Source: Cyanophora paradoxa CCMP329
Taxonomy: Eukaryota > Plantae > Glaucophyta
Length of the DNA: 64,000 bases
Direction of reading: 5' to 3'
Assembly (NCBI GenBank): GCA_004431415.1
Contig: QPMI01000279.1
Location: 2,567-66,566, forward strand
Below, piece by piece: positions 23,631 to 43,486 of this stretch. The notes below the pieces were generated by a model. That model was not told the DNA's origin and made no database searches. It was given only the letters and a program-made list of their open reading frames with translations. The translations under genes and the position numbers were made by a program. Within the stretch, counting starts at the first letter, position 1. Every line of letters starts with the position of its first letter.

Positions 23631-25509
23631 ATGGCTCCAGGTGCGCGCGCGTCAACATTGATTGCAAAGGATTTAGCTATCCAACGAAAGAGCTCTCTGA
23701 GCAGGCGTACGCGGCGCTGACGGGAAGCGCGCAGAAATTCCGGGTTTCGTCTACGATGAGGCCACAAAGCGGTACTACAAAGCACCAGCGAACCCCCGCG
23801 CGGCGCTCCTGCAGCTCAGCAAGCGCGCGAGAGCGTCGGCGGCGACTGCGAGCTCGCGCTCGTCGACGGCATCGGCAGCACCACCGGCCCCAGCGGAAAC
23901 AGGCGTGCGGCGCGCGCGATCGATGACAAGAGAGCTTGCGGCTCGTGAGGTGGACGTCTCCTGCTGCTCGAGGCGGCGCCTGAAGGACTGCGCCGTGGCG
24001 TCCGCCTTCGCCGCCGCCCCCGTCCTTCGCTTTCCCGACGCCCTCGGCGACTCTCGGGGAGCTTGGAACGCCGTTGGCCCGCAGGAGTTCAACAGGCACG
24101 ACGCGGACATCGACGTGCACCCGTCGCTGCCCTTCGTCGCCACGGGCGGCAGCGCCGGCTCCCTCTCCCTCTTCGAAGTCATCGACCTGGAGGGCGCCCC
24201 CGGGCCCTCCGAGGACCCGCCCCGCGGCTTCTTCCGTGGCGAGGGCGGCGCCGGCGTGGCGGCCCCCGCGCCGCCCGCGCTCCGCCTCTGCCTGCGGTCC
24301 CAGGCGACGTCCAGCGTCTGCACGCCCGTCTCCTCCCTCCGCTGGGGCGCCGGCCTCGTCGCGCACGGCGACGCCGTCCTTGCGTGCGCGCCTTGCTCGC
24401 CCGCGCAGCTGCTCGCCTAACCCGCGCGGGGCTGGGCCGCTCACGGCGGCCCGGCCCGCCCGCGCAGGACAACGGAGCTCGGGGGCGCCTCCTCCTCCGG
24501 CAGCGCCGTTGTCTGGCGCGTGGGTCAGGCCAACGGCGCACTGGGGCCCGAGGCGCCGACCCTCTCCGCTCAGGCCAGCTTCGGCAAGGTGCGGGGTCCA
24601 TCCATCTTTTCCCCGGCGGCTTGTCCGCAAACCGAGCGCCCCGCGCGCAGGCGTCGGCGTGGAGCTGCGCGTGGCAGCCGGGCCCGCCGAGCCTCCTTGC
24701 CGTCGGAGCCGACGGCGTGTACGCTTGGGACCTCACTTCCGGCCGGACGCGGCGCCTGCAGCCGGCGCCGGCGCCGCCGGCCCCCGGGGCCGGCCGCCGC
24801 AGCGATGTCTTCGCCCTCGCCTTCTCTGACGTGCATGCGCTCCGCCCCGGCACGTGCCCCTAGCTTCCGGGTGGGCTGAGGCGCACCCACGCAGGCAAAC
24901 ACTGTCCTTTCCGGCGACCGCAGCGGCGCGGTGCTGACCTGGGACCTCCGGTTCGCCCCCTCGTGCCCCCCGTTACCTGGCGCCCCCCCGGCTCACATGC
25001 GCGTGCACCGCAGGGCGGGCCCGCGGGAGGCGCGGGCCCAATCGCACGCCCCGCCGCTGCTGGATGGCCCCGACCCGCCGACCCCGGCGCGCGGCCGCGT
25101 GGCGCGCTCCTCGGTCTGCTCGCTGCGGCCGCTCGCGTCGGCGCCGCACGCGGTGCTCGTCTCGGCGACCTCGCACCAGCTGCTGCTGCTGGACCGGAGG
25201 CGCCCCGGGGCCGGGGCGCGGCTCGAGGGCCACCGGAACGAGTGCACGACGACGCTCCGCGCGGCCCTCGACCCCTCCGAGGCGTACGCCGCCTGCGGCG
25301 GGGACGACGGCCGCCTCCGCGTCTGGTGCCTCCCCTCGGGCCGCCTCCTCGCCTCCTGCCCGCCGCCCGCCGTCGACGTCGAGGAGGAGGGGGGCCCCCG
25401 GCCCGTCTGCAGCCTCGCGTGGCAGCGCCCTCCGCACTGCGCCGGCCCGCCCGCCGCCGCGTGGGGCACGCACACGCGCGGCGTCCTCGGGCTCGGGCGG
25501 CAGAGCTGA
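23631..25509 (+). CDS. WD40 protein, DCAF4/WDR21-like
   Basis: MAP|EIPGFVYDEATKRYYK (DCAF4-type N-terminal motif). WD repeats AWSCAW, VYAWDL, VFALAF, VLTWDLR (DWD box), LEGHRN, GGDDGRLRVW. Confidence 0.75.
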
Positions 25510-25586
25510 CGAGGCAATTGTACACGTACTATGATACATTTATTTACACGAGCCCCGGGCAGCGCCAAGCGGCCGCGCTCAGCATA

Positions 25587-26167
25587 TCACGCGGGGGAGA
25601 AGGAGGTCAGCGAGAACTGCCCCTGCAGGTTCCGGTACACGACCTGCGAGCTGGGTCAGCCAAGGTCGCGGCCGCGGCCGCGGCGAGCGTCCTACCGCGT
25701 TGTAGATTTGATTGTTCTTGTCGCCGGTCGTGACCGAAAGCTTTAAGTAGAAGTTCAGGCCTGCGACGACCTGCCTCTGGACTTCGAGCACCTGTTTGGT
25801 TTCGAGTTTTTGATTTTGTTAAACCTATATTTAAATCCCAGATTATAGCACCTGCACGAGGTCCAGCGATTTCATGCTGTTCGACCGATTCCTGCGAGTG
25901 CATTACGCCGGCAACAACGCCGGCGGGAGAGCGAGGGCGCACGAGATCTCCTGCACGGCGAACTGCAGGACAATTCATGAGCAGTCGAGCAAGAGGGCGC
26001 GGGCCCGGGGCGCTAACCTCGGCCGCCTCTGTCACGCCTTCGTCCTTTGCAGAAGCGGGGAAGAGACCACCGGGAAGGCCGGCGCCAGGAGGGCTCATCT
26101 TGGCAAGGGCCACGTGTACGGAGAACAGAGCGAGAAGCAGAAATGTGAGGGAGGCCGCCTTGTTCAT
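25587..26167 (-). CDS. Secreted cystatin (cysteine protease inhibitor)
   Basis: Signal peptide MNKAASLTFLLLALFSVHVALA. LPGG, FAVQEISNRSN, QVVAG motif (QRQVVAGLNFYLKL). Includes a 20-nt micro-exon. Confidence 0.9.
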
Positions 26168-26246
26168 GCGTGCTGCGCGACTGTACCCGGGCAGTCTGCC
26201 CCATTGCAGCCCCGACTTCAGAGCCGGCGAGCGAGCGTGAAGAGCG

Positions 26247-27656
26247 ATGGTAGGTACGCGCTCGGGAAGCAAAGGAAAGCCGGCGGAGGAGGCCCCGGCC
26301 CCTGCGGAGGAAAAGCCTGCAAAGGTCCGACACGTAGCGGCGCGCGCCAGCGCATCCGCGCGCTCTCAAGTAATCTACGCCTTGCAGACGACCCGGAAGA
26401 CGAAGGCCAGCACCTCCGCGGAGAAGCCTGCCGAGCCTGCCGCGCCCACAGAGGAGCCCAAGGCCAAGCAGCGCGCGGCGTCGAGCCGATCGAAGCGGAA
26501 AGTTGCAGAAGAGGATGAACACCACGAGGAGCAGGCTGCTGCTGAGGTGATCCGCCGCCGGCGTGCATAGCTAACGATCGCGCGATCACCGATCCCGATG
26601 ACCGCAGCCCGCCCCCACGGCACCTCCCGCACCTGCTCCCGTAGCGGCAGCGACCGCTGAGAACAGCGACGACGAGGCGCCCGAGGCGGTGAGCCTGTCC
26701 ACGGGCAAGTCGCAGGCTCTGCAGCAGCGCCGCGAGGAGGCTGCAAGCGTCAGCAAGTATGCCAGTGCAATCAGCCTCGCTGCGGCTTTCCCTGTAGAGC
26801 GCTAACCTTCTGACGCCCGCAGAGTAGTTGCGGAAGCGAGAGAGCGCCGCAAGCAGATAACCGTTCGCAAGCCTCGGGTGCGCGGCGCCGGCCGGCCACG
26901 CCGCTGGGGAGCGCCCGCTCATCGCATCGCTCGTGCAGGCCGTCGCGGAGGGGGAGCTTCTCCCAGAAGCTATTCTGCAGCGCGTCGCGAAGCTAGAGGA
27001 GGAGTGCGTGTGGCCATGAAGCGCTCCGCGCTCGATCCGCTGGCCGGCGTAGCTGACGCTCGCCCCACAGGAGGAAGGAGAGGGGCGCAAAGGCAGCGGG
27101 CGAGGGAGGCGCAGCCGGCGCATCCGTCGCCGAGGGTTCGCCCGCGCGCGACGGCGGGTGGCGCTCCAGCGCAGCGCCGCCCGCTCAGCGCCGCGCGTGC
27201 GCAGCAGCAGGGGCGGCGCCGCCGAAGAAGAAGGCGAAGAGGCTGGTGGACCCCGTCAAGAGCCGCGAAGTGTACGCGGCGCCCCCGCATCTAGTATCCG
27301 ATCCGCCCCGAGCTTCGCTGAGGGGGCGGGGCCCGGGGGCGGGCAGGGCGAACTTCAAGCTGGTGGTGCTGGAGCGCCCGAACACGGAGCGGGACGACAT
27401 CGCGAAGAAGGCGCGGCGCTACGAGGAGCGCCGCCTCTTCCGCGGCGCCAAGCGGCCCTCGGAGGGCTACGGCAAGCCGCAGCCGCCGCCGCTCGCCCGG
27501 AAGCAGGAGCTGCGGCAGGGCGGGGCGGAGAAGAAGAAGGGCAAGAAGGCGGCGCGCTGGCAGAAGCCGAAGCGCGTCGCAGCCGGCGTTGCGGCCGCGC
27601 GGCAGCGCAGCGGGCGGGGGCTCGGGCCCGCCCTTGGCTTCGCGCGCAGCTCGTAG
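26247..27656 (+). CDS. Hypothetical Lys/Arg/Glu-rich (probably nuclear/nucleolar) protein
   Basis: MVGTRSGSKGKPAEE..., LLPEAILQRVAKLEEE, NFKLVVLERP...EERRLFRGAKRP, ...GPALGFARSS*. Canonical short introns. Confidence 0.55.
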
Positions 27657-27798
27657 CTGCGGATCCTGTTCTACTTCCGAATCGCGCTCGCATTGACAAG
27701 CACAAGTCATGCACTTCAACAATCGAAGGGGGCGGGGGGCCGGGTGATGTGGTGGGGTCGAGATGGAAGAGGGAGACGAGGGAAGAGAGTGCGGAGGA

Positions 27799-35565
<7,767 letters not shown>

Positions 35566-35835
35566 GGCCGCTGGCCCGCTGGCTAATTGCTCGCGGCTGG
35601 CGGCTGCGCCGGCTGGTTTTGGCTGGGTACAGCTTCTCGACGAAAAAACAGCGCAGCACCAGTCCTTGAGCCTCGGTGCGCCGGCGCGCTTCCATCTGCG
35701 ACGCTAGATCAGCCAGAGCAGCGGCAGGCTCCGAACATAATGCTCCGAAGCTCCCCGCGCGGCCTGAATTAGACCACCCCGACCAGCGAAGTAGGAGCAG
35801 CAGGCGGCAGGCTAAGTGTACAGCTTTGCTTGAGC

Positions 35836-37715
35836 ATGTCGGCTGCGGTAGCGAAGCCGCCGCTGCCAGCCATGGCGGCTCGAACGTCTCCGCGAGCCGT
35901 GTCCCCGTCCTCGCTGCCGCCCGTCAACTCTGGGCGGCAAGAGCGGGCCGGGGCGATGCCAGAGAGCATACTTCAGAAGACCGCGCCGAAACCGTCGTCC
36001 GCGGGATCCGCCTCGCGCGGCCACATACCGAAGGGCCCAGCCAAGCTGCAGCCGCTGCAGCGTCCGCCCTCCGGCGGTGCAGCCGCAGATGGCATGGGGT
36101 TGGATTCGTCGATGGTGCCGCAGACGCCCCCGCCCGACGCCAGCATGAACGCTGTCGCCACGGACAAGATGTCCCTCTGCTTGGAGATCTTGCTCGCCGG
36201 CAACGTGCAGTCCTTTATCGACTTCTTTTACCTCACGCACAAGGTAGCTGCTCTTGCGGCTGAGTATGCGGTCCTAGCTAACACCTGTTCAGGCCGAAGG
36301 AAGCGACGCACCGCCTCAAGACGCGGAGGAGCCCAGCTCGAAGCCGGTGGTAAAAGAAAAACCGTTAGCTGCGGACAGCTCCAAGCTTCTTTTCATCAAG
36401 GATCACCTCATGCGCGCCGAGAACGCTCAGCGGCAAGGTCCGCGCCTGAGTTCGCAGACTCTCCCCGCGTTTGACCAGGTTCGCCCCCGGCAGGTGACCT
36501 CCAGCAGGTCTACGAGAGTTACGAGACGCTAGCGCGGTTCTTCGAGCAGGAGGATGACCAGAAGCGGGCCGTCAAGTTCTACGAGCAGGTCCGTGGCCTT
36601 GTCGGGGCCTCGCTTCCTTGTCGGCGGCATGACAGGCGCGCCGCAGTGCCTGGACGTGGCGAAGCTCACGGCGGACCCGCATCTGGAGGGGCAGGCGAAC
36701 AGGAACCTGGGGGCCAGGCACGAGATGCTGGGGGACATCGCCTCCGCGATCCGCTTCTACGAGCGCTGCCTGGTCCTCGCCGAGCAGGCCCAAGAGTGCG
36801 GGGTTCCTCCGCCCCCGCCGCCCCCCGCCTTCTCTGACTCGCCCCGCGTAGCATGGCGGACAAGCAGTCGGCGACGGAGCGCCTCGTTGCGGCCTACAAG
36901 GAGTTCGCGGAGCGCTGCGAGCGGCAGAGCGACTATGAGCAGGTGCGCGGCGTCGGCGGCCGCTCGGAGGCCGCGCGGCGCTGAGGGCGGCGGGGGGCCA
37001 GGCGGTGGTGTTCCACGAGCGGTGCCTGAGCATCGCGACGGCGGACCGGGACGTGGGGACGGCCACGCACCGGGTCGGCCTCGCCTACCAGAAGCTCGGC
37101 GACCAGGCCAAGGCCATTGACTACCTCCGCAAGTACCTCGAGGTGCGCCCGCCCCCGCCCCGCCGGCCGCCGCCAGCTGCGAGGCCCTCCCCCCGCCCCG
37201 GCCCCCCTCACCGTGCACCCCGCGCAGCTGTGCCGGCTGAGCAACGACCCCGTGGGCGAGGGCACGGCCTGCCAGGCGCTCGCGGCGGCCTACCAGAGCC
37301 GCGGCGACACGGGCACAGCTATCCAGGCCCGCCTGCCCGCCCCCCGCCCGCAGAGGAAGTGGCTGCGCCGCCTCGCGCTTACCCGCGCCCGCAGTACCTG
37401 GAGCAGTTCCAGGAGCTGGCGCAGGCGACGGGGGTGAGCGACGCGCAGGCGCAGGCGTGCGGGGCGCTCGGCATGATCTACATGAAGCGCGGCGACTTCC
37501 CCCTGGCGGTGCACCACTTCGAGAAGCAGTTCGAGCTGGCGCGCTCGCTCGGCCAGCGCGCGATGGTGGATAGCGCCCGCGTCAACCTCGGCATCGCGCG
37601 GGGCCACCTCAACCTCTCCCCCTTCTTCCAGGCCGTCGCCAGCGACCTCCCCTCCCTCCTCAAGTGGAAGAACAAGCGCATTCCCCTCCCCGACCACTCC
37701 AACGTCCCCAAGTGA
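35836..37715 (+). CDS. TTC29: TPR protein TTC29-like (axonemal)
   Basis: DKMSLCLEILLAGNVQSFIDFFYLTH, LLFIKDHLMRAENAQRQG, several TPRs, C-terminal ARVNLGIARGH...DLPSLLKWKNKR. Confidence 0.8.
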
Positions 37716-38443
37716 CCGCCCCGCCCCCGCTTCTCTTCTCCGATGCTCCTCTCTACATCTCTTCCCACACATCCCCCCTTCTGTGCACAGTGGCACCCCG
37801 TCCTCCCCCGGGTCGAGTTTTAGGCTCCTCTTTGTAATTCGAGCAGAGCGCCTCGAGCTACCCCAGAGCTCGAGGGCGAGCCCTGCACTGGTGGCTGTAA
37901 ATGAATTCGCAGAGGGCGAGCCCTGCACGTGCGCGCATGCGCACGTCCTTATAAGTCGACGTTGCGCTGGGTGGCACATTGATTACACAGACATACTAGC
38001 TGCGGACCACGCAAGCTAGAAGCGGCGGTGCTACCTACGGGGCGAGAAGCCGCGGACGACGCGGCAGGGCCCTCGAGCTCTGGGGGGGGGGGGGGGGGGG
38101 GGCGTGCACTCCCCCGGGGCCCTGGGTTCCCGGAGTCCTACAAACTACGATGGGGCCGGCGCCGGCCACGGGACGGAAGCGGAGGAGGGCCCCGCTGCGG
38201 GCCGGCCTACCAGAGCCGCGGCGACACGGGCATGCGGCATGAATTCGAACGTTTTTTAACATTGCAATTGCGCGTTCAGGAGGCCTTGACCTCACGCGTA
38301 GGCGCCGAAGTCGAAATTAAGCTATACCCCGTTCGCGAGGCAAATCGCCCGTCCGCTCGTGCACGCCCCGCTCGTCGCGCGGCGCTGCCAGCAGCAGCCC
38401 GAACAAATATCTCAGCGCCAGCAAGCTTTTCCGCACGTATCCT

Positions 38444-39466
38444 ATGGCGGCGTTCGTGGCTCCTCTTCCGCTCGTGCGCGGCGCGGCGGGCGTCACCCAT
38501 CAACAGTCGCCTTCCCCGGCATGTTCAGCACTTAGTGGCGCGGCTATGCGCAGCGCCGCGCTCGCCCCGGCCCCTCGTGTCGCACGCACGTTCTTCGTGG
38601 GCTCCACCGCTTCGTTCCGGCCTGCGCTTCGTGTTGCCCCAGCACCCGCAACCTTTTCTCCAGTCGCGAGCGGCAGCGGAAAGCCCGCCGAGGAGGACGA
38701 CGTTTCCCTCGCGCCTGCGGAGGAGGTCCAGCAGACGGCCTTCAAGCTCTTCAGCTTGACCGCGCCCCTGCTCCTAGCTGCGGGCAGCTTTGATATCAAC
38801 TCCCTTGCCACCATCGGCGGCGTCCCGCTGTCAGTTCCCATCACCATCGGCTTCGCGATTGCTATGGAGTGGGTCGCACAGTTCCTCCACGGCCAGATCT
38901 GGCACAAGTGGCTCTACTGGGTTCACGAGAGCCACCACCGGCCGCGCAAGGGCCCGTTCGAGTTCAACGACGTGCTGGCGGTCGTCAACGCCCCCATCGC
39001 TATTGCCATGATCTGGTACGGCACCAAGGTCGCGGAGGGCACCTTCTCCGGCGAAGTACTGCTCGGAATTGGCGCTGGTATGACGATGTTCGGCATGGTA
39101 AGCCGCTCCCTCTCCGGTTTTGCGCGACCCGGTCCAACGCACGGGTTGCACGTGCAGGCCTACCTCATCTTCCACGACGGCTACGTGCACCGGCGGCTGC
39201 CTGTCCAGTTCTTCTCTCGCTTCGAGTACTTCCGGCGCATCCGGGAGGCCCACCTCGTGCACCACGGCGAGTCCCTCGGCGCCGAGCCGTACGGGTTCTT
39301 CCTCGGCCCCGAGGAGCTGGCGGCGCACAAGGCGAAGTGCGAGCGGGAAGAGAAGACTCGCGCGGAGCAGCTGCGGAGCCGGATGGCGCAGGACTGGCTC
39401 AGCCCCGAGGAAGAGCTCGCGCTCAAGCGGGAGCGGGTGCCCGAGGAGGTCGCCAGCCGCAAGTGA
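38444..39466 (+). CDS. crtZ: Beta-carotene 3-hydroxylase (BCH/CrtZ-type non-heme di-iron), plastid-targeted
   Basis: MAAFVAP... transit peptide. His boxes HGQIWH, HESHHRPRKGPFEFNDV, GM|AYLIFHDGYVHRR, AHLVHH, then PYGFFLGPEEL. One in-frame 60-nt intron at 39098-39157. Confidence 0.93.
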   Translation: MAAFVAPLPLVRGAAGVTHQQSPSPACSALSGAAMRSAALAPAPRVARTFFVGSTASFRPALRVAPAPATFSPVASGSGKPAEEDDVSLAPAEEVQQTAFKLFSLTAPLLLAAGSFDINSLATIGGVPLSVPITIGFAIAMEWVAQFLHGQIWHKWLYWVHESHHRPRKGPFEFNDVLAVVNAPIAIAMIWYGTKVAEGTFSGEVLLGIGAGMTMFGMVSRSLSGFARPGPTHGLHVQAYLIFHDGYVHRRLPVQFFSRFEYFRRIREAHLVHHGESLGAEPYGFFLGPEELAAHKAKCEREEKTRAEQLRSRMAQDWLSPEEELALKRERVPEEVASRK

Positions 39467-40610
39467 TTCTGTTTTGCTGTGCTCCAGCCTCCTTCAGCCA
39501 CCCCGCCGAACCAAGACCGTATCGCTCCTCACCATCTCCCTTCTTCTTCGCTCTTTGTCGTTTTCAGTCCAGACCCATATGTTTTTCAGGAGAGAGGTAG
39601 TCGGAAAGTCTTCTTTTCAATCTGCGCGCCACTCGATCCAGATTTTCTTTCCTGCTCTCGGCTCCGTGTGCCGATTGTCGTGCTCTGCCGCGTACTGTTC
39701 CGATGTACCACTAAACCAATTTTCAATAGCTCAGGTCCCCTCGCTGCTCGTGCTTCACTGCCTCAGTCATTTTTGCGTCGGCGGTTTTGGGCCTCTCCAT
39801 TTTTGCATGAGGGCGGCGTGGTGCCGGCGGTGGGGATTGGGCCATGGCTGGGGCCGGGTAGGCGCGTTCCATCCTGTTTTAAAGTTTAGTGGGGCCCTGT
39901 GCCTGCAGCTCGGCAATTTGCAATATCGATAGCAGCATGCATGCGCAAGGCTCGAGGATTCGAAGTCCCGATATATAGCTAGCCCGCCAGCTGGGGGTGC
40001 ACATGCATAGTCCGACGGTCAAATTTAAACTTGGGAACTTCGCCGAGTCGGAAGAGCAAGTCAAATTTAAACTTGAAAGCTCCAAGCCTTGAAGCTTGAT
40101 CATGAAGGCCGGCTCACTGAGTCACTCAGTCAGCGGCTCTCCCGGCCCGGCCTGGCCCCGGCCTGGCGCCGGCTCGGGGGCCTGCCGCAGTGCGAGCCTC
40201 GGAGGGCCCGTCATGTGCACACGGCGTCGGACCATGCATGCACACTGGCACACTGTGTGACAGCTGCAGCTCATGATCATCGCATCGGCGGGTCACTGAG
40301 TCACGATCGATCATGCATGATCATGCAAATGACGCATGCAGCCTGGCAGCATGCGCAAGCCTGGCAGCCTGACACTAGCAGTGTCGCAATCACGGTGCTC
40401 TGCGGGGCGTAGGCTTGTAAAGCGTTAACTGTCACTGTGCCGCTGGGTTGCTAGCTCACTGGCATGGGCCAGTCAAGATCTGCCAGGCTGCCAGCCTCAG
40501 GGCCTGGCAGTCAATGAGTGGGGTGTCGAGGGACCCGCGCTACATTCGCTTAATAATAGAAATAATCGTTTTTAAACGGGGGCGGGCAGCGCGGGGGCCC
40601 CGCGCGGGTC

Positions 40611-42267
40611 CTAGTTGGAGGTGGCCCAGATGATGTCGTCGAAGGCCGCGCCGTTGACGAGGGGGATCTTCTCCCGCATCCGGTCCTCCCCGAAGTCCGC
40701 CGGGCCTGTACCCCCCGTCGACGCCGGGTGGGAGGACGGGGGGGGGGGGGAAGGGGGGGGGAGGGAGGGAGGGATTGTGTGGGGGCGGTGCGCACAGTAT
40801 TCGTTCGAGGGGGCGGCCCCCGGGCCGCTCGCGATGACGCCCAGGCGCTGCGGGGGCGGGCCCCGGGGCAGATGTGAGGCGCGGGGCGGCCTCGAGGGGG
40901 CGGCGGGGCGCGGCCCCACCTGGAACGTCATCGCCACGAGCTCCGAGCAGAAGAGCGACGTCTCGTCCGCCTCGTTCCGCGTCGGCTGCGCGGCAAGCGA
41001 GCCCGGCCTCGTCGGGCGGGGCCGGGGTGCGCGGGCGCGGGCTCGGGATTCGCGAACGGTCGCACGTTCCAGAGGCACCTGCACGGGGCGTCAGGCAGTG
41101 AGCGGCACGCCGGGGCGGGACCGGCGCGGGGGCCCGGGGCGGGGGCGCGGGGCGCGGGGCGCGAACCAGTCGGCGTCGAAGCAGTCGATGGCGCTGTTCG
41201 CCATCTGCGCAGCGCTCACGCGGCGTGAGCCCCCCGCCTAAGCTCGCGCGAGGGAGGCAGAGGCGGCCTCGCCTGCAAGAAGTTCTTCTCGTACTCGCGA
41301 TCCTTGACCTGGGGGCGCCCCCGAGGTGGCCCGGGGTGGGCGGGAGGCACGGGCGGGAGCGGCGTCAAGCCTTCAGCAGGGGCGGACCTCGTGCCAGAGC
41401 TGCTCCATCCTCATCAGGAACTCGGGCGTCCTCCGCACGTTCTGCGGGGCGGCGGGTTTCAGGCCCCTCGCCCCGTCCGCCGGCTGCGACGGCCGGCGGC
41501 GCGGAGGCCGCGGGGGCCGGCGGCGCGCCTTCAGCCTGCGGATGCCCATCGCGCGCGCCGCCTTCCCCGGGCGGAGGTAGCTCGAGATGCGCCAGGGCAG
41601 CGGGCTCAGGTTCATCCCTACGCGCCCCCGCCCCCAGTCGGCCCTCGCCAGGGGGCGCCGGCGGCAGGAAGGGGCGCGCGGGGCCACCGTTGAAGGGCGG
41701 GCGCGTGGGCGTGCCGAGGATCTGGCACGCCTCGAGGAGGTATACCGTCTCCGGATCGTTCCTCTCCTGCGTGATCCTGGTGAGCCTTGGAGCCGGGCGC
41801 CGGGCGCCGGCGGGCTGGCCCGGCCCAGGGCGCGCGCGCCTCGTGCCACTTGTCGCGGGAGACGTTGTACTTGCCGTCCCGGCGGTAGACGACGCCAACG
41901 TGCGTCCAGCGGCTCCCCTAGGGACGCGCTCGGGATGCGCGACAGCTCGATCGGCCGCTCGAAGCGCGGGGCACCTGGACGAGGATCGAGTGCAGGCTCC
42001 CCGGCGTGCTGGCGAATGTCAGCAGGCGCAGATCGAGGGCTGGGCGGACGGCAAACTCGCCACATCATCACCAAATCGCCTGTCTGCCGTCGCGTACGGA
42101 AACAGGTACGTTAGCTTGTTGCATCAGCTGCATCAGCATCGGGCAGTTACCTCGAGGGTTTTCGATAGCTCGACAAGCTGCTCAGCGGAGACCTTGTTAT
42201 GCGGCTTGCCGAGCCCAAAGAAGCCGGCCGAGGCGGGCTCTGCGTCCTTCGACGATTGCGCTCCCAT
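40611..42267 (-). CDS. Permuted papain-like NlpC/P60 (YiiX/YebB-like) amidase, N-myristoylation motif
   Basis: MGAQSSK, LE|TGDLVMM, SRWTHVGVV (His), VYLLEA, IRRL, REYEKNF, SLFCSELVA (Cys), SNEY.PADF. Confidence 0.78.
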
Positions 42268-42578
42268 CTCCGGGCGGGCGACGGGGACGACTGGAGGCGG
42301 TTGGATTGGGGTTGGAAGCACGTGTAGCTCTCCGGAACGCGGCGTACAAGGGGATCGGGGCTCCGAGTCAGCCTTTTCTGTTTCTCACTCGGGGGGGGGG
42401 GGTAAGGCTTGAGTTCGCAGGGTACGCGTTCAGTCGGGGGCGCGAGTGACAGCCGTTCAAGGTCGGCGCCCGTCTTCCCCTCGCCCTCGGCGCGGCCTCA
42501 AGGCTCGCGCCCACTTTTCGGCGCTCTCTTCTGACGTGGCGTTGCTTCCCTGCGGACCTCTTCGCCCTGTTTTTGCAG

Positions 42579-43486
42579 ATGGCGGACGCTGCCGCCCAGA
42601 TGGTCAAGCTCAAGTCGCAGAGTGAGGAGATCTACGAGGTCCGTGGATCTTCGCTCTCAGCCCGCCGCGGCGTTCCGGTTGCACCATTCGCATGACCTCT
42701 CCCACCGCAGGTGGAGAAGGAGGTTGCTTGCATGAGCACGACAATCAAGAACATGCTCGAGGGTGAGTTCTCGTGAGAACGTTCGCGCGGTTGGGTTGCC
42801 TCTCCCTAATCCGGTTCCCGCGCTCTTCCCAGACACTGGCTCGGACGCCCCCATTCCCCTTCCGAACGTTTCCTCTCCCATCCTGCAGAAGGTCGTCGAG
42901 TACTGCCGGTACCACACCACGGTCTGCAATTTTTCGGAACGGCTGAAGCATGAAGACCGGACCTGACCCGACACGTCGGGTGGCGCTCTTTCGATTTGCA
43001 GCTCGCGAAGAACCAGAGCGAGGATGACCAGAAAACGTGGGACAAGGAGTTCATCAAGGTCGAGCAGGGGCCCCTCTTCGAGCTCATTCTGGTACGTATG
43101 AACGACTGCCGCATTGTGGCGCACGCTCGCGCATGCGCGCGTTCTTATGCGCGTTTTATATGCCCAGGCGGCGAACTACCTCGACATCAAGCCCCTCCTG
43201 GACTTGGGCTGCATGACGGTCGCCGACATGATCCGCGGTGCGCCCGGCCACATAGTCACGCGTTAGAAATCTCGTCCAGTTTATGCATATGTTGCATCTT
43301 CGAGTCCCTGTCTCCGTTTTCCCAGCCTTGCCTGGATCATCGGCTTCCCCCCACTACACGCTTATCTCTCGAATCGCAGGCAAGACTCCCGAGGAGATTC
43401 GCCGCACGTTCAACATCAAGAACGACTTCACTCCGGAGGAGGAGGAGGAGATCCGCAAGGAGAACGCGTGGTGCGAGGAGCGTTAG
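42579..43486 (+). CDS. SKP1: SKP1 (SCF complex)
   Basis: [112 protein letters not shown]. Confidence 0.98.

Noticed and set aside
27294-27346. GTATCC as a second U12-type donor
   Set aside because: It continues GA rather than TT, has no U12 branch site, and the frame is explained by the upstream GTACGC U2 donor.
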